Made by a program: the position numbers and the translations under genes. Positions 53,862 through 64,000 of a stretch of DNA of 64,000 nt are shown piece after piece. Origin of the DNA: Eledone cirrhosa (Eukaryota). The stretch lies in the NCBI GenBank assembly GCA_964016885.1, contig OZ024757.1, forward strand, positions 16,182,001 through 16,246,000, written 5' to 3'. The number at the start of each line of letters is the position of its first letter. Within the stretch, counting starts at the first letter, position 1. The notes beneath the pieces are model-generated. The model searched no databases, had not been told where the DNA came from, and was given only the letters and a program-made list of their open reading frames with translations.

Positions 53862-54042
53862 GAAGGAAATGTGGTAAGGAACCAGGTGGACCATAACGCA
53901 CCAAAGTACTCAATACTTAGGGTAGTAGAGTGGGTAATAGGAACGAGTAGGACTCCGACGGCTGAGCTCAAGCCGTTTCGACGTTTAGTCCAGAATTAGC
54001 CGTCGAAACGGGTTAAGCTAAGCAGTCGGGGTCCTACCCGTT

Positions 54043-54044
<2 letters not shown>
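53858..54044. mobile_element. Family C palindromic element
   Basis: Same architecture as 56411-56602. Confidence 0.85.
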
Positions 54045-54128
<84 letters not shown>

Positions 54129-54131
<3 letters not shown>

Positions 54132-54221
54132 GAAAGACGTAAAATAAGAAAATTATAAAAATTAACTTACTTACTAAAAGTAAGTTAATTTTTATAATTT
54201 TCTTATTTTACGTCTTTCATA
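54129..54221. mobile_element. Palindrome of the 3' tail of the 28897 hammerhead family
   Basis: agtaagttaatttttataattttcttattttacgtctttca matches 28990-29050. Confidence 0.75.
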
Positions 54222-54331
54222 TTATTGTTCTGCATCCCCTTGCATTGAACCACACAGTTGCTAAGACAAAACCTATATATTTGCTAGCATAGGTATGCAT
54301 CTGTCTATATATGTTGGTAGATATACTAATT

Positions 54332-54391
<60 letters not shown>

Positions 54392-54468
54392 ATTGTAACG
54401 TCCAGTTACTGTAGGTTCTCACCATAGTGAGAACTCGATGCGTAGTTTCCAGTCATTACTACAACAAA

Positions 54469-54553
54469 AGTCCGACGAGCTTTTGATTCCAGAGTCGGGC
54501 TAGATCGATACAGATCAAACCTTGAGCTTATCAATAGCGAAACGCCCGTCACT
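54469..54553 (+). ncRNA. Hammerhead-like fold with CCGACGA core
   Basis: agt-CCGACGA-gcttttgat...atcaatagc-GAAA-cgcccg-TC-act within a (TA)n-flanked island. Confidence 0.5.
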
Positions 54554-54594
54554 ACTCAATAAACGTAATGAAGACATAACAAATCGTCATTTTC

Positions 54595-54658
<64 letters not shown>

Positions 54659-54764
54659 GTACAGAGTTCAATACCCCGTAGCAGCACTGGTCTCTTTTTC
54701 CGTCTATAGTGGTATTTTATTTTACCCGATTTTCTAAATTTCTAAACACATATATACATATATA

Positions 54765-54800
<36 letters not shown>

Positions 54801-55109
54801 GAAAAAATAGGGAGAAGAATACTGCAGGTTGCACATGGATAACATGTTATAAAATGAGTCCCTCATCAGTGATTTGCCAACGATCATAGATATTTCATTG
54901 CATTAAAAATCATATACCTCACGTCGGTGCAATAATAACTAAATTAAGTTATTCGGACAATTAAAACGCGTAAAGCGAGTGAGACAAGTAAACAACAAAG
55001 AGGAAAGCTAACCGTAGATAGGAAGGGCACAAGCTACATAGTTATTCTGTCAGCATAAGCTGGGTGAATATATGAGCGCGTAAAAAAAAGACCTTTCGAG
55101 ATGAATCCA

Positions 55110-55300
55110 CGTTATTCCGGGTTGAGTCGGAGGTAACCACAGTAAGTAAGGTACTCAATACATTGCAGAGTATAAAAGTTTTAATATAGATGAGATTCTA
55201 CAGGACTAGAACTGTTTCATTCTTTAGAAATCATCAGGGATTCCTGATGATTTCTAAAGAATGAAACAGTTCTAGTCCTGTAGAATCTCATCTATATTAA

Positions 55301-55303
<3 letters not shown>
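55110..55303. mobile_element. Family B palindromic element; plus-strand hammerhead 55237-55289
   Basis: Near-identical to 48323-48532 with a shorter centre. Confidence 0.9.
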
Positions 55304-55336
<33 letters not shown>

Positions 55337-55781
55337 AGTACTCAATACTTGGTGTAGTAGAGTATGGTTATATTATAAAGAGTCAGGAACCTATCATTTT
55401 TCAGTCAAGAATTTTGCTACTTGGAAAACTTTTAATTCACAAGCACACACACATAGGGTGGGGAGGGCCACCACACACACACAGTAGCCATCTACACAAG
55501 TACATACACACTGCTGGGTAACACACACACACAGCTGGGACACAAACATAAACATACACACAGCTAGGTAACACAAGCACACATACTCACTGCTGGATAA
55601 AAAGAACGCGCCAGTACACACACATACATCTATGCATCAAAAGTATAAAGGTACACACATACACGCACGCAAACACACTCACAGATGTCATCCCCCCACC
55701 TTCTTCCTCCCATCATATGATTGACCCCGGGGCCGCATATTTATGCAGCGTAAATAAATATTAAAAACAACATATATATAT

Positions 55782-55847
<66 letters not shown>

Positions 55848-55903
55848 GTGAGTATATAGGAATATATATATATATATAAATGTAATCTGAATTTTTCGAA
55901 TAT

Positions 55904-56090
55904 TAATAATTGTTTCTACTTTAGGCACAAGGCCAGCAATTACTCAGTGCATTACTGGTACTTTATTTTATCGACCCCCGTAAGGATGAAAGGCAAAGTC
56001 AACCTCGGCGGCATTTGAACTCAGATCGTAAAGGGACGTAACTATGCTGGAAAGCATGGCGTCCGACCCTCTACCGATACTGCCAATCCC
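55904..56090 (-). mobile_element. SINE family 1 with TSD
   Basis: TSD cgaatattaataat. Confidence 0.9.
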
Positions 56091-56410
56091 GAATATTAAT
56101 AATAACATTCGATTCGTTTGCAATTATGCAAACAAGCCTCAATTTTATAGCCATGTCAGGAGAATGAACCCTTCATTCTTGCTCTTGTGTTGGCATATAC
56201 ATGTGTGTGTGTGCGCGCGCGCGCGTGAATATATATATATATATAAATGAATGTGTACAGATATGTGTGTGTGTAAATATAAATATGTGTGTGTGTGTGT
56301 GTGTGTATGTGTGTGTGTGTTAGGTATTTCCGAAGAAAAAGCAAAGGAAAAAAGAGTGCTCTATGTATAGAACAGAGCTATTTAATTAATATACATATAT
56401 ATATATATAT

Positions 56411-56602
56411 AACGAAGGAAATGTGGTAAGGAACCAGGTGGACCATAACGCACCAAAGTACTCAATACTTAGGGTAGTAGAGTGGGTAATAGGAACGAGT
56501 AGGATCCCGACAGCTGAGCTCAAGCCGTTTCGACGGCTAATTCTAGTCCAGAATTAGCCGTCGAAACGGCTTGAGCTCAGCCGTCGGGGTCCTACTCGTT
56601 CC
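56411..56602. mobile_element. Family C palindromic element
   Basis: About 56-bp arms around agtcc; (TA)n flanks. Confidence 0.9.
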
Positions 56603-56794
56603 TATATATATATATAACTGCTCTGTAAATCATCTGATGTTTTTACATTGAGCTACTTAACCTACTGGTAATAAGGTAGTAATTCATTACTGTCTACCAC
56701 TTTTTAGGGTGTGTATAAAAAATACATATAACTGCATAAGGTTTTTGTATTTACATAACCATAAATAGTATAATTAATACTATATATATATATT

Positions 56795-56834
<40 letters not shown>

Positions 56835-57139
56835 AGGGGGAGAGAGAGAGAGATAGATGTATGCATATGTGTGTGTGAGAGTGTTCTATGGCACGGTGTC
56901 TAGTGGTTACGGCTGTTGGTTTCAGGAACATAAAGCCGTGGGTTTGATTGGTGGACCACACGGCGGGTTGTGATCTTTAATAAGAAGTTCCTTTTCACGT
57001 TACTCCACCTATCAGGAGATGGAAACGACCAATAATATCGGCTAAGGAAATTCCAATGGAAATATCGTTTCATTGGTTCGATCTGAGTATCAGCTTATTT
57101 GCTTTCTTTTCCATATATATATATAGCTATATAGATATA

Positions 57140-57275
57140 TCAATGATATTAATAAATGGAAACTATATTTATAAAACCTTATTTATTCTATTATATATAG
57201 TTCAAGGGTACTAAAACTTTGGTACGCCCTCATCAGATAAAATACAAAGTTTGTTTTATAAATAGTGACATACCC
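57140..57275 (-). mobile_element. Family E fragment with hammerhead 57184-57244 (GAAC variant)
   Basis: Minus strand: tattttat-CTGATGA-gggc gtacca..tagtac cctt-GAAC-tatata-TA-atagaata. Confidence 0.7.
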
Positions 57276-57323
57276 AGGATTCAGAACTTAACGGTTCAAG
57301 TTCCGCCTGGATAGTAATTTCTA

Positions 57324-57369
<46 letters not shown>

Positions 57370-57383
57370 ATTATAGAAATTAC

Positions 57384-57452
57384 TTCTACAGGACTAGAAC
57401 TGTTTCATTCGTATGAAATCATCAGGACATTCCTGGTGATTTCATACGAATC
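57384..57452. mobile_element. Family B variant fragment
   Basis: Minus strand: CTGATGA tttc atac gaat GAAACAG ttctagtc CTGTA gaa. Confidence 0.75.
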
Positions 57453-57706
57453 ATTTCTTTGTATAATAAAAATGGTTATACTCAGGAACGTACACATACA
57501 CCTATAAATATACATATATATATAGATACATAGATAGATAAACATAGACACAAACATACATACATATATATATATATATAAATACAGAGCCGAGTATAAG
57601 TGACAAGCCTTTAAAGCAAAAATTATATATATTAGTTTAATAAAATAGGAAAAGAGTGGTCATGTTTCGAACGATAGTCGTTCATCGAAAGATAGGAGAT
57701 AAAAAG

Positions 57707-57767
<61 letters not shown>

Positions 57768-58067
57768 TTAAAACAATGAAATTTAAAAAATCAAGTCATT
57801 AGAAATATACTTCGTAACTATACTTCGTTATCGATCTATAACGAAGTATAGTTACGATGTATTATCATCACCTAGAAACGATCGTAAAGCAGTGAAGTAT
57901 ATTTCTAATGACTCGATTTTTTTATTTCATTGTTTTAACTTATATTATGACTGTTTTCCTATTAATGTTTTATTGTTTTCCGGCATTTATTTTAACCTAC
58001 AACATTTTCAACATATGGATTACATTGAGTTCTTCATGCAGACTAGACCCCACAACTTACCGTGGAT

Positions 58068-58104
<37 letters not shown>

Positions 58105-58279
58105 CAGAGAGACAGGGTGGGAGAAAAATGAATAAAATGCGTACAAAGATATCTAGATATGTAAATCTATGTATAAGTTTGTGCACGCATGTGTGTGTGT
58201 GTGTGCGCACGTTTTTGGAGATTCCTTTACTGTGTGCGTGTGTGCGCGCGCACCTATTTATGTAAGCACTCAAAAGCGT

Positions 58280-58351
<72 letters not shown>

Positions 58352-58521
58352 CCCTGTGCCTATGTGATTGCAAATGGAAATCCGGGCGTGCGTGTTCATA
58401 TTCCTAATAAACTAACTTCACTCACGCAACTCGAAATATTGTAAAAGTTTTACCATATACACAGACACAAATATATGTGTGTGGGTGCATATATCTGTTT
58501 ATATATGTATGCACACACACA

Positions 58522-58558
<37 letters not shown>

Positions 58559-58574
58559 GCGTAGAAGTACATAG

Positions 58575-58618
<44 letters not shown>

Positions 58619-58658
58619 CGATATGTTGAAAAGGTAACAAACTAGAGAGAGAAATAGT

Positions 58659-58690
<32 letters not shown>

Positions 58691-58693
<3 letters not shown>

Positions 58694-58786
58694 AAAAAGT
58701 ATGACCCCGACGGCAGAGCTCAAGCCGTTTCGACGGCTATTTCTGGTGCGTTATGGTCCATCTGGTTCCTTACCACAATTCCTTTG

Positions 58787-58788
<2 letters not shown>
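58691..58788. mobile_element. Family C element with central deletion
   Basis: Short arm joined directly to ctggtgcgttatggtcc. Confidence 0.8.
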
Positions 58789-58822
<34 letters not shown>

Positions 58823-58879
58823 CACACACACACATATATATACCTGCATACAGGTACATATATATATATATATATATAT

Positions 58880-59074
58880 GTTATTCCGGGTTGAATCGGA
58901 GGTAACCACAGTAAGTAAGGTACTCAATACATAGCAGAGTATAAAAGTTTTAATATAGATGAGATTCTACAGGACTAGAACTATTTCATTCTTTAGAAAT
59001 CATCAGGAATCTCATTCCTGATGATTTCTAAAGAATGAAACAGTTCTAGTCCTGTAGAATCTCATCTATATTAA
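58880..59074. mobile_element. Family B palindromic double-hammerhead element
   Basis: Minus hammerhead 58961-59013 complete; plus hammerhead 59014-59063 with shortened stem I. Confidence 0.9.
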
Positions 59075-59231
59075 CATATATATATATATATTGTTCTTAT
59101 ATATTATATATATATATATATATGTGTGTGTGTATACCTGTATGCAGGTATATATATATATATATAATGCATGTACTTCTACGCACGTATATATGTATGC
59201 ATGTATGTGTGTGTGTGCATATATATATATA

Positions 59232-59291
<60 letters not shown>

Positions 59292-59854
59292 CACACACAC
59301 AGATGTAGATACAACCGAGGGAAAAGCACAATCAACATATAATAAAACTACTTTTTAACTTGATATAATTTTTTCTTTTTAATTTAGTTAACCTCTCAGT
59401 ACTCGCGGCCCAATAACGATTTACCAGACCTTTAGGACTGGCGCTATGGCCATGACCACTTGGCAGCCGCCTGGGGCGTAGAGCTAGGCTTACTGAACTC
59501 GAATTACTGAACTTTGAACAATGTGTGTAGATTTTTGTACTTAAAAATGTAAGCTTGGTGATTTTCTTAGTGTGGCCAGATCAAAGTAGTGTCCAAAATT
59601 ATCAAATTTTAACCCTAGCCTAGGGAGCTCTTTGCACATGAACACCCTAGGATGATGATGATGATAATAATTGTTTCTACTTTTGGCACAAGGCCAGCAA
59701 TTATCGCAGTGTATTACTGGTACTTTATTTTATCGATCCCGTAAGGATGAAAGGCAAAGTTAACCTCGGTGGGATTTGAACTCGGACCATAAAAGAGCCG
59801 TAACTCTTTGCTGCAAAGCATGGCGTCAGACCCTCTACCGATACTGCCAATCCA

Positions 59855-60030
59855 TGAGGATAGGAAGAGGAAATGGCTGGATCATTTTAGGACCCTACTA
59901 AGAGAGCCGCCCTCCACAGCCCAGAACACTGGGGGAGATCAGGCGGCTGTTTGAGGAACTGGATATTGTAACAGGGACCCTTCACCAGAGAGGAGCTTCA
60001 GAGAGCCAAGAAGATGATCAAGGAGGGTGA
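59855..60030 (+). pseudogene. LINE fragment just upstream of an RT domain (RTE-like)
   Basis: EDRKRKWLDHFRTLLREPP...LFEELDIVTG/PFTREELQRAKKMIKEG. Confidence 0.6.
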
Positions 60031-61375
60031 GATAACAATGGTTTCTAGTATAGTCACAAGGCGAACAAAGTCGATTAAATCTACCCCAGTGCATGACTGG
60101 TACTTTATTTTATCGACCCCGTAAGGATGTAAGGCAAAGTTAACCTCGACGGGATTTGAACTCAGATCATAAAGGGCCGTAACTCTATGCCAATCCAATA
60201 ATATTAATAATTATTTCCGTATTTACCACAAGTGTTAATACCAAGAAAAATATAATGACGGCACAGAAAATATAGTGTGTGGGCGGGAAGAGGGGGGTGC
60301 GTTTAAACAAATTTTACCAATGTTTAACAAGAAATATAACAATAAAAACTAAAATAAAGGGGAGTCTTCAATAGGGAGATGGTCGAGGGTCACTTGTGGA
60401 AAAAAAACCCCGAGAAAACCACAGTGCAGGGAGGTCTCGAACAATAATAATAATTGTTTCTACTTTTGGCACAAGGCCAGCAAACCACCAGTGTATTACT
60501 GGTACTTTATTTTATCGACCTCGTCAGGATGAAAGGCAATGTTAAAAGGCAAAGTTAATCTCGGCAATGATTTCTTTATATCCACTAGGGCCTACATAGA
60601 GGGGACAATACAAACAAACTAGGGACAGTAGGGTTTACATTAAAATCAAGTAAAAACAAATTAACAAAAATAGTTACCAAAATTACAACAAAAAAATTCC
60701 CCAATTGGGGGATGGAGAACCAACCTGGGGTGACTCAGGTACCCCACTAATCCTGAACAACCCAACGTTTCGAGGGCACCCGGGAAAAGCACCCTTCTCC
60801 TCCTCAAATAATAATAATTGTTTCAAGTTTTAGGCACAAGGCCAGCAATGTTTGGAGAGGGGAAAGTCGATTAAATCGACGCCAGTGTATTACTGGTGCT
60901 TTATTTTATCGACCCCGTAAGGATGAAAAGCAAAGCTAACCTCGGCGGGATTTGAACCCAGAACGTCAAGGGACATAACTCTTTGCCGCGAAGCAGGGTG
61001 TCCGCGCTCCACCGATACTGCCAATCCACCGGCTCAAATAATAGTAATATTGGTTTCTGATTTAGGCACAAGGCCTGCAATTTTGGGGCGAGGGAAAGTC
61101 GATTAAACGACTCCAGTACATTACTGGTACTTTATTTTATCGACCCCCGTAACGATGAAAGGCTAAGCTAACCTCGACGGGATTTGAACTCGGAACATAA
61201 AGGGCGATAACTCTTTGCCGCGAAGCAGGGTGTCCGGTGCTCCTCCGGCTCAAATAATAATAATAAAGATAATATTTTATCTTCTCCTATATTTATTTTC
61301 TCTTTTTTTTTTTTTTTTTTTTAACTTATTTACCTTTCAACTTTTGTAATGTGATTTCTTAAGTGAATGAGAGGA

Positions 61376-61684
61376 GGGGACACTATGGGGAGGTGGGGAC
61401 ACTATGGGGAGGTGGGGACACTATGGGGAGGTGGGGACAATATGGGGAGGTGGGGACAATATGGGGAGGTGGGGACACTATGGGGAGGTGGGGACACTAT
61501 GGGGAGGAGGGGACACTATGGGGAGGTGGGGACACTATGGGGAGGTGGGGACACTATGGGTAGGTGGGGACACTATGGGGAGGTGGGGACACTATGGGGA
61601 GGTGGGGACAATATGGGGAGGAGGGGACAATATGGGGAGGTGGGGACAATATGGGGAGGTGGGGACACTATGGGGAGGTGGGGA
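61376..61684 (+). repeat. 19-bp G-rich minisatellite (about 16 copies)
   Basis: Unit ggggacactatggggaggt. Confidence 0.95.
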
Positions 61685-62829
61685 AGCTTTTGAAAACTGT
61701 CAAAACTAACGATGTCTACGTTAAATACCTGCTTGATACTCGGTAGTCATTGAATATAAAGCTGAATCACAGGAAAATTTACTAATTGTTTCTACTTTAG
61801 GCACAAGGCCAGAAATATGAAGGAAAGGTGAGTCGATTGAAACGACGCCAGTGTATTACTGGTGCTTTATTTTATCGGCTCCGTAAAGATGAAAGGCAAA
61901 GCTAACCTCGGCGGGATTTGAACTCAGAACGTAAAGGGTAGTAACCCTATGCTACGAAGCATGGTACGCGAATAGGAAAATATAATAGTAATAATACTAT
62001 AGTAATAAGATTTCTTTATTAACCACAAAGGGTCCACATCAAGAAAAACATTATGACAGTTCAGAACGAAAACATAATATGTGTGTACGTGTGTGTATGT
62101 ATGTATGTATGTATGTATGTATGTATGTATGTATGTATGTATGTATGTATGTATGTATGTATGTGTGCGTGTGTGAGTTTCGCGTGTAAACAAAAATTAA
62201 CAATGCTAGAAAAAAAAAAATAATAATAATTGTTTCTACTTTAGGCACAAGGCCAGCAATTACCCAGTGCATTACTGGTACTTTATTTTATCGACCCCGT
62301 AAGGATGAAAGGCAAAGTCAACCTCGGCGGGATTTGAACTCAGATCGTAAAGGGACGTAACTATGCTGGAAAGCATGGCGTCCGACCCTCTACCGATACT
62401 GCCAATCCACCAATAATAATAATAATACAAATATTTTGCTATGATTTGTACACACGGTACACTTTACCACGCCAAATCCTCATAGGATGTAGTTTATTTC
62501 GATATAAACACACAGACGTACATACATAATACATTGGACCAAAGTATGACTGAACTTGGATTTGCGGACAAAAAGCGCAGCTCCCTAATTCATAGTCTAC
62601 AAATGGCTGCGATAGCTGGCACATTCAAAATTTGCAAAACATTCTTGCGATTCAAGGGATGACAATTTCTTTTCTTTTACAACCTTGCCACCAGGAAGGT
62701 GGCCGGTCAAAAAAATATACTCGAAATTAAGAGAAAGAGAAAACATACATACATACATACATACATACATACATACATACATACATACATACATACATAC
62801 ATACATACATACATACATACATACATACA

Positions 62830-62875
<46 letters not shown>

Positions 62876-62984
62876 GTAATAATAGTAAATTTGAAGACTA
62901 AAATCCAAAGAGGGCTCGATAAGGATAAATATATATCAAATATATAAGAACCGTAGAGCAAATATTTATGAAATTAACAGATGA

Positions 62985-63156
62985 AAGTTTAAGCAAAGAA
63001 TCGCTGCTTTCACCCTTAACGGGATCTTCTGAAACTAACAAAGTCAATTCGGTTGCAACGTTTTTTGAAATATTCACTTCTGCGTTCACAGATTGACTTT
63101 GTTAATTTCAGAAGATCCCGTTAAGGGTGAATGCAGCGATTCTTTGCTTAAACTTT
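62985..63156. mobile_element. Inverted repeat (about 65-bp arms), each arm with a hammerhead-like fold
   Basis: Arms 62985-63049 / 63092-63156; agttt-CAGAAGA-t ccc gttaa ggg t-GAAA-gca..tgc-TT-aaact. Confidence 0.65.
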
Positions 63157-63199
63157 AAACTGTTATTTTAATAAATATATATATATATATATATATGTA

Positions 63200-63300
63200 G
63201 TTTTAATATAGATGAGATTCTACAGGACTAGAACTGTTTCATTCTTTAGAAATCATGAGTACCTTACCTACTGTAGTTACCTCCGATTCAACCCGGAATC
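63200..63300. mobile_element. Family B element with collapsed centre
   Basis: Short arm fused to gagtaccttac...cccggaat. Confidence 0.8.
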
Positions 63301-63547
63301 ACGTATATATATATATAAATATATATATAAATATATATATAGTCATAACAATATGACCCTCCCCAAGTATAAATATTTATATCTCCATCTCAATTCTACT
63401 TTTGAAAAGCACAAGAACTGGGAAACCGGTAAAGGTTTTTTTTTAAAGACTCAAGTTGCATTTTCGATTTCATCTCTTTTCCTTATACTTTCAATCGTAT
63501 AGGACATCTCGTTTTTTTTTTCATTTTGTAAAAAAAACAACCTCACT

Positions 63548-63593
<46 letters not shown>

Positions 63594-63617
63594 TACAAAC
63601 ATACGTACGTACAGATT

Positions 63618-63650
<33 letters not shown>

Positions 63651-63720
63651 CATACATACATACATATATATATACATACATATATATATTATATATATTA
63701 TATATATATATACATACATA

Positions 63721-63759
<39 letters not shown>

Positions 63760-64000
63760 TATATATATACATACATACATATATATATTATATATATATA
63801 CATATTGTATACATACATACATATATATATTATATATATACATATTGTATACATACATACATATATATATTATATATATACATATTGTATACATACATAC
63901 ATATATATATTATATATATATACATATTGTAAACATACATACATATATATATTATATATATACATATATATATTATATATATACATATAATATATATACA

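Larger units (their letters stand above)
59667..62411 (-). mobile_element. Cluster of seven SINE family 1 copies, all on the minus strand
   Basis: 59667-59853, 60035-60197, 60449-60565, 60813-61031, 61048-61248, 61784-61965, 62224-62411. Confidence 0.9.

Noticed and set aside
57655-57692. Minus-strand hairpin followed by GAAACATG
   Set aside because: Core and cleavage triplet cannot be assigned without several mismatches

Overview
Extremely repeat-rich, AT-rich eukaryotic non-coding DNA. The SINE and microsatellite landscape resembles octopod cephalopod genomes (inference). No intact host gene or exon could be supported. Nearly all long ORFs are microsatellite or minisatellite artefacts. The window holds about 30 copies of a young tRNA-derived SINE (several with clear TSDs), CORE-type SINEs, a mariner transposase remnant with its MITEs, degraded RTE, R4/Dong, L1/Tx1 and CRE-like LINE fragments, and many tandem arrays, several seeded from TE sub-parts. 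The most striking signal is a dense set of short elements embedded in (TA)n tracts, often head-to-head palindromes, carrying hand-foldable type I hammerhead ribozymes from about 8 sequence families. These include canonical cores, double (sense + antisense) hammerheads, compensatory U3-A8 core variants, stem II covariation, a cUUCGg-capped stem, and a family truncated to half-hammerheads. They are best read as Penelope-like element pseudo-LTR relics or non-autonomous derivatives. All folds were done by eye and none is shown to be active.
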